A DNA stretch of 64,000 bases from assembly GCA_044892525.1 (NCBI GenBank), contig CM097886.1:158162001-158226000 (forward strand). The letters are read 5' to 3'. Made by a program: the position numbers and the translations under genes. The notes beneath the pieces are model-generated. The model was not told where the DNA came from, made no database searches, and saw nothing but the letters and a program-made list of their open reading frames with translations. Every line of letters begins with the position of its first letter. The stretch's first letter is position 1. Shown here one piece after another: positions 1 to 14,193 of the stretch. Origin of the DNA: Schmidtea polychroa (taxonomy: Eukaryota).

Positions 1-2217
1 TCCGTGCTCTTCTGGCAACAGGTAAGCCCAGTATTGCGGAATACCACGGCGAATAAATTATATATAGGCAGATCCGAAACGACGTCAAGCTTTAGGTTTG
101 TTAGTGATTCCAAAGTCTGAATGCATAAAAGTAAGATGTACATCACACTAGAGTCCAGTGGTACATGTGGGATGAACAATTTTCTAATTTTTGTGTAGAT
201 AACTATCAAAATTGGTATCAAATTGATGCATCTTTTTTTTCCAAACTATTCATTTTAAAATTCCTATAACATTCAAAATTTTATTTGAGTTTCACAAAAT
301 TTGAATCAAAATTACAATACAAAGATAAACAAAGTTCGATCATATATATTCCACCAATTTCGATTTAAAATTCAAATGATTCAAAAAATAGCATCTAGAA
401 ACAGAAATCCAAATAGATACAATCTACAAATTCCAGAAATCAATAATCGAGTCACCAAAAAGAACAAAATTTGAAAAGCAATGCGGCAATAACTCGGCAC
501 ATGCACAATCAAATACAAAGATCAGTCGAAACACCGGGTTATTACCATTTCCTACTATTTATGGACTATATTTTTGATAACTACTTTTCGAAGGTTGATA
601 AACAAATTTTATAAATTGGAGGCATTCAGATTTAGGAGAAACCAGATTATGAACAGAATGCAAAGTGACATCGAACTATTAGAGATAACGGATGTCATGA
701 AAATCGAACCACAATACAATGAGCTCACGGAGCTCTATTTAAAACTTCTAATTTTAAATTTGATGAAGATAAAATTATTTTTTTGCGAATTGAAACCTAG
801 TTGTTATAATAGTAAATAGGTCGACTTAAATATAATGCAAATACATTTTTGCATAATAGATTACAAAGAAACAATAACATCATAAGTTGATAAGATATTT
901 GACAAAAAGGAGGTAATTTCATTGACCTCGCGAGTATAGTGAATAATAATCGATAAACACGCTGTTTTAATAACCTGGAATGGACCAAATGGAGAAATTA
1001 CACTAAGATGTGGCACGATATCCTGCATAAACAACACGCCAAGCCGAGAAAGCTGAATATCTGCTAGAAAGTGCAGACTAATCGAGGGAACACGCTTTAG
1101 ATCGGAACAGGTACAGAAGCTCCGCTAGAAGATTGCAGCTCTGGAGAATGCTCGATCTGAGGATCAAGTAACAATCAAAGACCAAATTAACTATCCGAGA
1201 CCAAGTTCAGGAAATCATAGAATTCCAAGCAGGAACCCATATCACGTTGAAGTTGGTAGAGTTCCGTCGTACAGAGCAGCTCTGATCTCCTGAATACGGC
1301 TAAAAACTCCAATACGAAAGAAGCCTCATGCGATTTGATAGACGATTGTAATTACATAATTTTAAAGCTTTATCGGATTCTTTGAAATTCTTTGAAAATT
1401 TTGCAATAATATTTCAAAGTATATGGTGACAAAACAAACGAGCCACGACACCTTTTACCATAGCCTATGAACTGGTGAATCGCCGGGTAATTAGCAGTTC
1501 TCGTTGTAGATCTCACCTTTTGCCGACGGTTACCACTACATCGCAGCACTAACGTTACTAGCGACCGGCATTTAGTGCCTAGTTAAAATAATTATGCGCG
1601 GTTGCATAGGGACATATGAAATTAGGAAAACATTGTTGAGCAAGAGCCAATAAGTGAAAGATCTTCCCAACATATAACCCACCAATCTTAAGAATAGAAA
1701 TGTTATGATATTTAATTATAATTGATGTTTAAACAATTGATTGTTATCAATTTTAAAAAACTAGAAATTGTAATAAATAAACTTTTAACGGAAACCAAGA
1801 TTTTTAAAAATGATTTGAGTTTAACTCTAAGCAATATAAATTATTGTAAATATAAAGGAAACTTAAATCAAAAAAAACTAATATTTTGAATTCATAATTT
1901 GCCTCTATACTTAAATAATTAATACATTTCTAAAATCTAATAAATATTTTTGTTAAATTTCTTCGAAAATTACATTCCTTTTCTTCATTTTCCAAAAACT
2001 TAGTTATTAAATAATAAAGTTACTTATTTAGATAATATGATTTCAACTTTTTAATTATTGATCGTCTATTTTGAAAATTTTTAAAGCATTTTTATGTCGA
2101 TATAATTAAATATTCTATTTATAATTAATGATAAATTTATATTCATTATTACTTTTATGTCACTTTGTTTAAATTTATCTGCAAATTTCACAATTTTAAA
2201 TTTATTTCATCATCGTT

Positions 2218-3699
2218 ATGACTGGTTTATTAAATAATATTAATGAAAATATTGTAAGTATTTTATTTTTCATTCTATTATTAAGAAATGAAATATTAAG
2301 GATGTTAGCAAATTACATCCATTAATGCCCGAAATTATCGGCAAACAAGCTACAATTAATATTGGTACGATTGGCCATGTCGCACATGGTAAGACAACAG
2401 TCGTAAGAGCTATTTCAGGTGTTCACACAATTAGACATAAAAATGAATTAATTCGTAATATTACCATTAAATTGGGTTATGCCAATGCAAAAATTTATGA
2501 ATGCAATAATCCAGATTGTCCAAGACCAGAAAGATATTCTTCTGCTGGAAGTGCAAGTCTAGATATTTTATCCTGTCAAAGAACCAACTGTTCTGGTAAG
2601 CGTGTAGTTACTCGTCATGTTTCGTTTGTCGACTGTCCTGGTCACGACATTTTGATGGCTACAATGTTAAATGGAGCTGCTGTTATGGATGCCGCTTTGC
2701 TGTTAATTGCCGGTAATGAATCTTGTCCACAACCTCAGACCAAAGAACATTTGGCTGCAATAGATATTATGAAATTGAAACATATTTGTATTCTTCAAAA
2801 CAAAGTAGATCTTATCAAAGAACAACAAGCTCGTGATCAGCATCAGGATATTTTAAATTTTATAAATGGAACTCCAGCACAAAATGCACCGATTATTCCA
2901 ATTTCTGCTCAACTAAAATATAACATAGATGCTGTTTGTGATTATATTGTTAATAGAATCCCGGTTCCTATTAGAGATTTCAGTTCTGATCCACGAATGA
3001 TTGGTAAGATTTAAAGTTTATTGTGATAATAGGTTTAATTGAATACAATAATTTTTAGTTATTCGATCCTTTGATGTCAATAAACCTGGATGTGAGGCCG
3101 GTGAAATGAGAGGTGGTGTAGCTGGTGGAAGTATATTAAGAGGAGTGTTGAGAGTCGGTCAAAAAATCGAAATCAGACCGGGTATTATTTCCAAGGATTC
3201 AGAAAACCAATTCACTTGCAGACCTATTATTTCAACAATCATCCAATTGCGTGCTGAAGAAAACAGTTTAGATTATGCCGTCCCTGGAGGTTTGATTGCA
3301 GTAGGAACGAAAATCGATGCACAAATTTGCCGTGCTGATCGTCTTGTTGGACAGGTGTTGGGCAGTGTCGGACATTTGCCAGCCATTTTCAAAGACATTG
3401 AAATATCTTTCTATTTACTTCGACGATTGCTCGGAGTGCGAACGACTGGAACGAAAAAAGGTGCCAAAGTAGAAAAGTTACAAAAGGGAGAAATGCTAAT
3501 GGTAAATATCGGCTCATTGTCAAGTGCTGGTAAAGTTGAAGCAGTGAGGAATGATTTGGCAAAGATCAGTTTGCAAAATCCGGTTTGCACGGAAGTCGGA
3601 GAGAAAATGGCACTGAGCAGGAAAATCGACAAGCATTGGCGGTTAATTGGTTGGGGAGATATTCGGCGGGGCACTCCAATTATTCCAGCGGATCAATAG
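2218..3699 (+). CDS. EIF2S3: Translation initiation factor eIF2 gamma subunit; exons 2218-2253, 2301-3003, 3059-3699; 459 aa
   Basis: Motifs [41 protein letters not shown] (formed across the GT-AG intron 3004-3058) and C-terminal [10 protein letters not shown] 47-nt GT-AG intron (2254-2300) extends the frame upstream to ATG 2218 ([12 protein letters not shown]|[13 protein letters not shown]). Exon lengths sum to 1380 nt. Confidence 0.96.
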
Positions 3700-3760
3700 A
3701 TTTTTCACTGGTTTATTTTTTGATTTGAGTGATGATTGGAATCGATTGGCATTTAATAAA

Positions 3761-3816
3761 TTTGTCGATTGAAGAGTTTTTGGAAATTTTTGTCGATTGA
3801 AGAGTTTTTGGAAATT
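3761..3816. repeat. 28-bp perfect tandem duplication in the eIF2-gamma 3' region
   Basis: TTTGTCGATTGAAGAGTTTTTGGAAATT occurs twice in tandem. Confidence 0.9.
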
Positions 3817-4869
3817 TTTCTAAAATTGTTTTATTGTTACAAAAATTGATTTTTAAATTTTGCGGCATTATATTAAATGTTGAAATTTGTACAGCTGCTC
3901 CTTTGTATTAAAGGAGCTTGAGTACTAAATTGTCTTAAGTTACCAAATAATTTCACCTTTGTTTTGATCTTTTGAATACCAAGTCTTCGCATTGCTATTT
4001 AGGTTTACTTTTAATTTGTCTATTTTACTTTCAAGCAAAATACATAGTCGTGTATTTCTTATTAAGGAGTAACTGAAGGGTCTTATATTCTTTAAAAGAG
4101 ATTGAAGATATTTATAATTTCCAATTCTCACAAAAACAATTCCATTTAGTAGTGGTTGACTGTAACGCTATTTAAAATGAAAACTAATTGATTATTATAA
4201 TTTGGAATATTAAAATAGAGAATTGCGTGTTTTGATTTATATTCCACTAGGGCATAAATAGCTAATTATCTAAAGTTGAAATTATAATTAAAAAGGCTGG
4301 ACAGACTAAATCAACTGTGCAAGTGTAACATAAATTTTACACTGATACAAAATTGGTCAGTTTGTTTGGTTAATTAATTTTTGGTGTATGCGATAACTCG
4401 TGAAAGAACGTTGGTTGTAACTAATAAATTTATAACACCTTAAAAAATAAAATTTCTGGAACTAAAGTAAAAAGCGAAATGCGCCATAAAATATTTTCTA
4501 AAATTCAGATTGTTCATAATCTAAGCTCGGGTTAAATGTCTTTTGACACTCAATAAATTCTTTTATTTTTCTTTGTTGAAATTACATTTAGTATCATTAT
4601 AATAAAAGATGAAAAAAATTTGTGTTGCATAGAAAATTATTCTTTTTGTCACAATGGAAATAAATGTTTATGAAAATTAGCAATTGATCAATGAAGTAAA
4701 TTTGTATCTTTACACGTAATAAACACTCAATATGAAAAAGCCACAACATTTTTATCGAATGTTAGAGGAGAGATTATTATTACCACCTATTAAGGAAAGA
4801 GTTTTGAAATTATCATAATACCAGATTCAGTTAAAAGTAATTCATGTTTTTAGGAAAGTATTTTATTTA

Positions 4870-5340
4870 CATAAATTGTTATAACACTGATAATATTATT
4901 ATTCAAAATATAGCTCATCGTTTTAAATGACTCCAAGTCATATATTTCCAAATTACTCAATACCATGGTAATAACACTCTGGTGTAGTGGAGGCGAAAAT
5001 TTTTTACATTTTCCTCTGAACCGAAGCGTCTTTTTTTGTAATAAGTGTATGATACAAAGAAACAAATGATAATCAGAAGTTGCAAGGTCTGGGCGAGAAA
5101 TAACTTTGATGCCTTGCAGTTCCTGAAATTTCGGCATCACCCTTAGTGATGTATTGTCGTGCTGTTGGACTGCTTTGCCACGGTTTATCAGTCATGAATA
5201 GCGAGTGCTCAAAGCATCATGAACTCGATGTAGTTGTTTAGAATAAAGATTACTGTTGGGTAGTCGACTAGGTCAACAAGCATTCAGGGGGTGAAGGTCA
5301 GATCAAAAACAAACATACACTCTTAGTTGACCGCAAATCA
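4870..5340 (-). mobile_element. Decayed mariner (DD34D) transposase fragment
   Basis: Minus strand reads YSKQLHRVHDALSTRYS*LINRGKAVQQHDNT...ELQGIKVISRPDLATSDYHLF. This matches the mariner motifs HDNARPH and YSPDLAPSDYHLF, with stops and deletions. Confidence 0.85.
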
Positions 5341-5907
5341 AGAACCCACATGACCATTTTCTCACCATTTACATCATGTTAGTGCTGTGACATGATGGCG
5401 GGATAGGATGAAGCAGGTGAGTCCCTATCTTAGGACTACTCCTTCACCCTATCTCGACTTCTTTTTCCATGAAGGCCGATAGAAGGGCTTAAGTCTCTTT
5501 CGTTATTCGAAGTATCGATCAAGGTTATTTGACTTCACTATTAATTTCCCATTCATCATCACACTTTTACTCGATTTAACAACACTACAGAAAACTTCGG
5601 AAGAATAGAACTCTACCTCCGCGTAACTCAATATTTATTTAAATAAACACATTTTACCATAGACCACCACACACCACAGAAGTACGCCCTCATAGGTCAC
5701 TATAATACAACAGATTTAGGTGAAAAGAATTCCATAACAGTCAGCACATTCGTTTTCCAACATCAGTTCCGTATTATTACAAAGTCGACGGAGAAGCTTC
5801 GGCGAAAATTGTGTCAAGGTCGAAGAAGTCCCTTGCATTCTCTTTCCAGTCACGCGAAACGGGAGCTGCGATGAAGCTGTTATTTCAGCTGGCGCCTGTC
5901 GATGTGC

Positions 5908-6483
5908 CTATATAGCTTCAGTGACCAGTTTCGTCCCTCCCTCAGTCTGAAGCAACTTTCGTTTTTTGTTCCGTATGGCCCGTGTTGGTTGCCGGCGCTT
6001 AGGAGTCTTCTTTAGTACTGGAGAAGGGACCGGATTTAGGGGTACGATGGGCCTTGGGGTCACTTGACTGATGCGAACGTCAGATGTCGTGGGAGATAAG
6101 AGGTCGTCCACGCAACTTCTAGATGCTCTACCTTCTAACTGAATTGAGTTCACTGCCTGATGATGACTAGGAAAGACGTTGTCTTCTTCCGAAATTGGTA
6201 TAGAGACGATCTTTTTCGTGACCGTTACCTGCACGAAGACTTCGTGCAGGGCCTCAGATTGTTCCTTGACCAGCAATCGCAACGAGCGACTCTCTTCAAT
6301 CAGACTATCGCGACAGTGCTCGGTTCGCCACAACTTCATCCGCATTTCTTTCATTTGGGCTGGCGTGAAATATGTTCCTTCAAGATAGTCGGTCTTCTTC
6401 TTCAGCAGGCCTATCTGTGTCTGCAGAGTTTTGATAATTGAATTTTTGTCGGCGCACGAGAAACATATGGAAATTCGACATTT
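5908..6483 (-). other. GC-rich orphan ORF (about 190 aa): CxxxxCxxC start, coiled coil, Pro/basic tail; probably of mobile-element origin
   Basis: The frame of the 148-aa ORF stays open upstream to KCRISICFSCADKNSIIKTLQTQIGLLKKK, preceded by TTTACTTTAG (possible acceptor). GC is visibly higher than in the flanks. No family recognised. Confidence 0.4.
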
Positions 6484-7189
6484 CTAAAGTAAACAAGTAG
6501 GGATGGTAAATTTATACAACAAAATTATACGCAGTAAAGTACTATAATCTCGGATCGTTTCCCATGATCGTTAATAACAGACAAAAATTAATTCCCCATA
6601 CATTCGCACTGGAGTGATTTCGCCCCTTTTGTAAGGAGTAAAATTGTTATTTAACTAAAATTTTATTTGATTGATTTTAACTAGGAGCAAAAACAAAAAA
6701 AATTAATTCAAATTTATATATTTTGTTAATTTTTCTTGTCTTTTTTGGTTTTTCTTAAAATTGTATTAATTTTCCTAAATCTTTTCTATTAACTGCATAT
6801 TTTTAGTGTCGTCTTTCTATTTTTATTGGCGCTGTTGGATGATGAGGGTAGGCCCATCCCCACATTTAACCTCAACAGATATTATGAGACAGGGCCCAAG
6901 AGATACAGGGTCAATGTGTACGCTGAAGAGCGTAGATAAATAAAATCCTCTCCAAAAGCTCAACAATCCAATTTCCCAACAATTCAACAATCCAATTCCT
7001 CAAACAACAACAATAACCAACAATCCAATTCCTCAAATAATAACAACGTCTGTGTGTTAAACTTTATCAAATTTTATTTTTATTGACATCGACCAACGTT
7101 CTCTGTGTTTTTTAACTTTATTGAATTTCATTGTGTATAAATTTTTAGATGTATTTTATTATAAATTTTATGTACACTTATAATTTGTA

Positions 7190-7192
<3 letters not shown>

Positions 7193-7265
<73 letters not shown>
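7193..7265. repeat. (AT)n microsatellite
   Basis: About 36 uninterrupted AT units. Confidence 0.98.
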
Positions 7266-7268
<3 letters not shown>

Positions 7269-8109
7269 GGTATTTAAAAAAAAAGAAATTGATATTTATA
7301 AATAATATTAATAATTTAAAAAGTATTAATTTTTACAAGTAATAATTAATTAAAGCCATAATTTCATATTAATAATTAAGGCCAAGTTAAATGAAATTTA
7401 ATATCAGTCTGACGAGACTGAAATAAATAAAATTAATTTATTCAAAATATTTTAGTATATAAACGACTCACAAAATCAGTGTAGTCGCCCAAAAATTTAG
7501 CGTTAAAACATTTATTCGAAGGTTAATCCTAAGAATATTATAAAATCTGAATCAGACAGAAAGGATTCACATTTTGACCAAACTTACTAAGACACAGCAC
7601 GCACTACATAACATAAAACACAACATATATATATATTTTTTGCAAGCAGTTTGAAAAGAAGTGATCAAAGAAATAATTGTTCAAGTTTGCGAATTATTCT
7701 GGAACTGAAATTGTCTATATTTGGTAAATTTTAATTATAATAAATATTTATATAAAGATTTGTTTTGATTTATATCTATATAAGAACCAGACAAGTTGAG
7801 TGTTTTCGATTATCGAGACCTCAACAGTACTTAATGTTTTTGATTCTTTTAATTTATTGTTTTAATTTTCTGTTTTGTTTTTCATATATTTTCAATTAAA
7901 ATACTCGTTTTATATTTATTTTTTAATTTGTTTTTGATTTTTGAGGTAGTTTTTTGTTGTTTCCTATTGTTTTACTCTTTTTACTTATTTATATTATTTC
8001 ATTTTTTTCATTTGTGCCTTCACTCAGCCCAACATTACCATCGAATATGTAAAACACTGAATAAAAATGATTCTAAATTTATTTTACAATTTTTTGGGTT
8101 TTGATGATA

Positions 8110-8245
8110 ACTAAAGGTTTTCGTCAATTACAAGATAAATTAGCATCGGTTAGATAGTTATGGTACAAGGTCCAAATTAATTTTAAAAAGTTTTTATTCT
8201 GATGAAAATCTGGCTGTTGACGAGCAACTTGCATATTTTGTGTTA
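8110..8245 (+). mobile_element. piggyBac transposase remnant
   Basis: Reads KGFRQLQDKLASVR*LW... then SDENLAVDEQLAYF. This matches the piggyBac segment DKLAPIR..W and EN.TVDEQL, which contains the first catalytic Asp. Confidence 0.65.
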
Positions 8246-8595
8246 ACGATTAGTTTTCTCTTTATTTTAATACATTATATTGTATACAATTATTTTTGAA
8301 TACTGAAGGATTAAAATTTATATTTTTTATATTATTATTTATATTATACAATATTTACAATGGCATAAAAATTATGTTTGTTGCATACATATAAATTTTA
8401 TATTAAAATTTATGAAGCATGTTATATGATATTTGTTTAAATAATATTTTAAGTATTACTTTGAAATAAACCAAATATTTAAATGGCAAACTTTTAAATT
8501 AACTTAATTATATTAATAAAATCATCTAATTTATTCAGTTATTTAATATCTTCTCATTAACCATAGATATTGGTATTTAATCATTTGTAATTAAG

Positions 8596-11500
8596 GATTT
8601 GGGCGAATCATTTAATGAAAAATTTTTGCTAAACAATATACAGCCGAAATATATTCCACTTCGACCACCTAATTTTAGTTGGGTAATTCCGGGAATATTG
8701 GCTGCAAGCGCCAGGCCAGTTCTGAGGGAGCATTTGTCCTTTTTAATGAAAGAAGGAGTTAGGGCAATTATTACACTATATTCACCATTTTCCGATAAAT
8801 GTTTACCCCCAGTGTATGAAGAGCCAGGTGAAAATTTAAAACAATCAAATCATAACTTTTGAAATAAATTTCTTCAGATATTTATTGGCACATTGCTACT
8901 GTTTGTGATCGCAGTTATTTTACAATTGCTGAAATGTTTCTCATTCAAAAAGTAATAGATTATTATATTACAAGAGATGTTGTAAGTTATTTAATTTTTT
9001 TACAATTATATTTTTACAATAAAATCATTAAGTCCCAATAATAATTACACAACATTTACACCCAGAAATACTCACAAATAATAAAGTAAAAATATCATGA
9101 ATAGTTTTCATAAAGTAATCAATACAAGCGTCATTAATGCTGATAATATATTGAATTTGATATTGCAGAGATTTTATTTGGTTGGTTGATTACATTTCTG
9201 TTTGCCATCTTGCTTCATCATTTTCCCACGTATATATTCCCGCGATATTTGTTTGCCCCTACCCTGGAGTACTTTGTTAACTCAAAGCTTTCAATTGGTC
9301 GTCATGTTATACAACACCATTTAACATGTCAATTAACTTCAGTTTGATTCATAATTGAAACAAGAAAAGACTTTGAAAAAGATTTATTTTTCAATATAAA
9401 AATTCCAGAAACAAAACAACATTCAGCAACAGAAATCCAAATAGAAACTCGAAAGTTCCAGAAAACTGACTTTTTAATTAGCTGACCAAATCGATAAGAA
9501 TCGATTCTCCAACAATATTAAAAAAAAGCAAGAAGAACGGTGGCACACAGGCGTGGGGGCAAGATGCTCCAAGCACCATAATAATAAGAATTAATGTACC
9601 TTTCTTAATACCCTTCCTTTCTTTGTGGGTGTATTAAAACAGATTTTGACAGTTGAAAATGTTTTCAATGGTGAGGGGTGGGTGGACGCTATATTAATAC
9701 ATTTGTATACATCTTACTGACTATTGTTATTGTGGTTTCAGTAGTTAGAATTTATTTATTTTATTATCCCCGTTTTATGATTGATAATGTTTTATTTTTT
9801 AGTATTGACTACTCCTGTTTTCATAAATAGTTGGAGGACACAAAATTTAAATATTGACCCCGTGCGTTTGATACCATCGCTACGTCACTGTTATTAATAT
9901 ATAAATCTTTAAATATTAATGGCATTTGCGTCTGGCATACATTGAAAAAGAGCCACAAAGAGGCCTTCATAAAAAATAAAGAATACCTACATTGACTTTA
10001 ATAAGTTGTAATAGTAATGATATTACATTAGAGGCCAAAGACCAAATGTGAAGAAGTTCAGAGTATATTGCGTAATTCAATACAATGTGTTAGTTATTGC
10101 GTAATATTCATCACTCTGTGTTAATATATAATAAATCTTTAGATGGAACCGATCGTTGTAACTGACGACCACGCCGAAAATGTTCACACAATGACGACTC
10201 GAGGAGAAGGGAAAAAATCTACAAGAGACGCACTACCGAAACGTGCTCAAGAACTCTTCGATATGGAAATTAGAAGATAAGACGGCAGATGTACCAAGGA
10301 AGCTGAAAAATGGATACAGACAATTGATGATTGGATCGCTAGAAATGATTTGAAGAGGACAGAAGCATTCGATTTTCTCCTATGCGATTAAGCGTCTACG
10401 CAGTAGAAAAATTTCAAAACAGAAAAAACAACCGATAAAGCAGCTAAAGAATGGTTTCCCGAAACATTTACAATTAAATTGACAATTATAGACAAGATTA
10501 AAGAACTTGCTGCAATGAGACAAGAGGAAAATGAGAGATATGTAACCTTTGAAATCAGGGTATTGAAATTAGTGAGTGAAGTTATTAATTCAGGAATGAG
10601 AGTAGAGGAGATTGCAAATGAAATTATAACTAGACGAGTCAGAGACAGAAGATTAAAAGATTCGCTAACAATGAAACCAACGATGACAGCAAAAGAAAGA
10701 AATCAACTGGCCAAAATTTACGAAAAAGTGGAATCAAAAGAAAAGCCGAAAGAAATTATGGTAATAAAGAAGAATAGTTACGCCGAAGCAACAAGGAGTA
10801 GGAATTTAGAAACGTTTACAAGAGAAACAAATGGAAGTAACAAGAATGTATTAAGAAGCCAAGGAAATTTTTAGATTCATTTACCAGATTATTTGTATAA
10901 CAAAAATAACGAAATGAATCATACAGTCGAACGGAATGTGCAGAGGACACCAACGTTTCGCTTAAACACATCGCCACGAGATTATACAATCGATCTAGAG
11001 GCCTTCCTGATCCAAGAAACGGCGAATTACAGTTAGGCCAATGTTTTTGCTGTGGAGAAAATGGTCATAGAAGATATGAATGTCCACTAAAAGATATATG
11101 TTTGATATGTGGTAAAGGAGGGAATAATTTCCGTGATTGTTATTTATTAAGAAAGAAAGACTAACAAGAAAATGATAGCATGTGTACATGACGAAGAAAA
11201 CGGAAGAAATTACTCGGACGATGCAGAAACAAGAGAATCAATTAATGATGTGGAAACTGAAAACACGAGGAACTCTATTGCATACATTTCGTCCATAGGG
11301 TTGTAAAGAAATTAGTGCTTCCGACATTACAAGTATTAAATGTATTAATTTTATAAATAAATTACAAGTGCATTATTAAATTCATTATAGCATTTATAGA
11401 TTTATTATAGTATCAACACCAATTTCCATATTCTTGAAATACTCACGTGCCATCAATATTCGAAGCTCTATTAATGAAAATACAGTAATTATATAGCAAG

Positions 11501-13739
11501 TTACACAATTAAAAATCCGAATCAAGCCAATAGACTGATCAATAATTTGTTGGTGATGTTGATGTGAATTTCAAATTAATCTAATGTATTAATATTGTAC
11601 CATATTTTTATAAAATTAGTAAGTTAGTCCAAAATGAAAAGAAAATTAGAAAGTGGAGCAAGTGAAATACGTCGAAATGACAATTTAAAAGTTAAAGGAA
11701 ACCAATTTCTAAATGGGTTAGTGTTTCTTCTGAACTCTGAAAGGATCTGCATATCGATTCAACAATATTTAAGAAAATACCTAAAATCGTCAAAATAGAA
11801 GTTGTTTAAATATTCAATTTAACAATGAGCAGATTTTTAAATTAAATAGTTTTTTTGACAACTTTGAATTCTTAGTAAGCGGCCAGATTTGTAACAGCTG
11901 TGCTTCCAATATTTTTACCATTGATAATAATTTAAATGAATTTAAGGGCATCTATAAAGAATGATTTAATTGAAGTCATTCTGTTCCTTAGAACATTTTT
12001 TTTTATGTCATATTTATTTTTAATAAAAAACTGTTCTCATTTTGTTCCATGTCGGAGACCGGAGTCTCTTTAGTTTTAGTATTAGGTTCTGTAAACAACT
12101 CAATTTTGTTTTGTCTATTTAAAAATTTACTCATCCTTTCTCTGCTCTTACTCATATACTTTTTCCCTTGAAGAGGAAAAGTAAAGGGAAGTAGATAGAA
12201 AATCACCAATCAAAAAATATCTAATTCAAATTCAGTACAACATTTGATTCCTACAAGTTCTTTATAGATTTTTTTTCGTTTTTACTAATACACTTTAAAA
12301 TCAAAATGCCAGTTTAATATTGTAGATTTGGAGCTGGAGTAGAATACTTTTTTAAACCAATGTATCATCCCTTATTATTTAAAATTTAAAATATTTAAAA
12401 ATTATTATTTAAAATTTTAATTAAATTAAATTTCGGTGTTGAGTTCGTATTAACACGTGGAGTCAAATTAGCAACTCTATCATACAGAACTATATAAATA
12501 TATTCAACAATATCAAATAAGTTCTGATGTAATACATAAGCTATTAAATTATCGTTTACATCATGCTTATATTTCTATTATTACCCTTTACTTGAAACTA
12601 TAAATCTTTTCAAAAACTATTGAAAATATAAACATTTCTGCTGTTACAACTGAAATAAAGTAACACCATCATTGTCTGAAATGTATTGATCTTCACTACC
12701 ATCATTTGGAAAAATATAGAAAAGAGTTTCTTACTAATAAAGAAGTTTTCATGATTATAAGTAATTAGTAATTTGAAAAATTGATAACGCAGAGTTAAAT
12801 GCTATTTTGATTTTAAAAAACAGAGACTTCAGAAAAGAGTGTAGAAAAATCATAAATGAAAATAATAATCTCAAACTTGATTAAATAAAATGGTATCCTT
12901 CAATTAGAAATTACCATTAATTGTAACGTACAAAAATGTGAACAGTAAATCAATATAGTAAAAACATCTGGTATAAATAAAATTTCGATATGATATTTTT
13001 TAAAAATAATATTCAGTCAGATATTTTTCAACTACTTTCCTCCAAAAATCCTAAGAAATTTAATAATTCCTTCAACGAATAAATCGGAAGCATAAAATAC
13101 TTTCCAATTTGTCACTCTTATTTTAATTTTAAAGAAATTATATTTATAATTTTTATTTTTTCAGTTTGTAAACAACTGATATTAAAACTATTAGAGAAGA
13201 TCTCTACATTAATTTAATTATTCTTTTGTATTGTGCTAGTCAACAAATATATATTTCCAATTTTACAATAATTCCTATATTATAAATTAACTATTAATTT
13301 TTACTTTAATATTTTTGGTTTATCTCAGCCTATTTTGATTCACTGCTCTTGGGGTCGGGGTCGAACTGGAACAGTTCTTGCATGCTTCTTTATCATTCAA
13401 ACAAAAATGAAAGCTAAAGAAAGCATAAACTTCGTTAGAACAATAAGACCGGAGTCTGTGGAAACGACTCCTCAAATGAAAATGATTTACAATTTTCACC
13501 TGAATATGAAGCAGTACTATAAATCATCCAAAACACATATATTAGATGGAGTGTTTAAAACCAAATCCTTAAAAAGAAAATTTGAAATTCCGAAATCTTT
13601 TTCTCGAAATATATTTGAGGCAACGATATTCTGTAGACAAAATAAAATATTGCGCACACTGAAGAAACATCACTCTAATTCCCAAGTACCAATTTCAAAA
13701 AATAAACAAAATACTCGCAATGGACGAAAAACGAAATAA
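8596..13739 (+). CDS. DUSP23-like atypical dual-specificity phosphatase; exons 8596-8827, 8878-8981, 13329-13739; first exon and start not resolved
   Basis: PPNFSWVIPGILAASARP N-terminus, intact HCSWGRGRTG (HCxxGxxR) loop and IRTIRPESVET motif, all DUSP23-like. GT-AG introns 8828-8877 and 8982-13328 give one continuous frame. Confidence 0.88.
10141..11310 (+). mobile_element. LTR-retrotransposon gag remnant with two zinc knuckles, in DUSP intron 2
   Basis: Gag-like LAAMRQEENERYVTFEIRV. At 11042-11140 it reads CFCCGENGHRRYEC (perfect CX2CX4HX4C) followed by a degenerate knuckle CLICGKGGNNFRDC. Several stops. Confidence 0.8.
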
Positions 13740-14193
13740 TTGAAAATTAAAAAAATTATGCATTATCTAACATTGTAAATAAATTTCAAAAATCTTATTT
13801 GTGAAATATTTCAACTAATAAACATTTGAAATTAATAATCATTTGTTTTTATAAAACTATAATTTTATAGAAATCTCAACTGTCAAACGTGTGAAACAAA
13901 ATTAGCATGAATAAAATAATTTCATAGAATTACAGAAATAATATATTGATAACTATTGGATAAAACAAGACTAGTAAAATGTGAATTAAATCAATCCATA
14001 TTACTATTTACTCAAGCAAATATCAACCAATCAAATTATCTCATTTTATTGATTAATAAGTGCATTAATTATGGAATAATAAATTCAAAAACTAAATAGA
14101 AGCACATGTATATTTCAATTTAATTGTCACAGAAAGAAGAAACTCTACATGCTAGTTATAGAGAATATCTAATCGAAATTAAAAAAAATCATT

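Noticed and set aside
200-500. Possible LINE 3' fragment (shares AACAGAAATCCAAATAGA with about 9428)
   Set aside because: Only an 18-bp exact match and no diagnostic RT motif; too weak to call.
3411-3674. Antisense ORFs over real exons (also 15760-16029, 19292-19498, 23750-24022) and 6160-6441
   Set aside because: Shadow frames of eIF2-gamma, OGDH or the 5908 ORF, with no independent motifs.
3897-3917. GCTCCTTT-GTATT-AAAGGAGC hairpin as a terminator
   Set aside because: Eukaryotic Pol II context and no U-tract; no supportable function.
7403-7422. Other CTGANGA matches as hammerheads (7409, 6157, 6923, 10162)
   Set aside because: None has a valid stem II followed by GAAA and a matching NUH/stem I.
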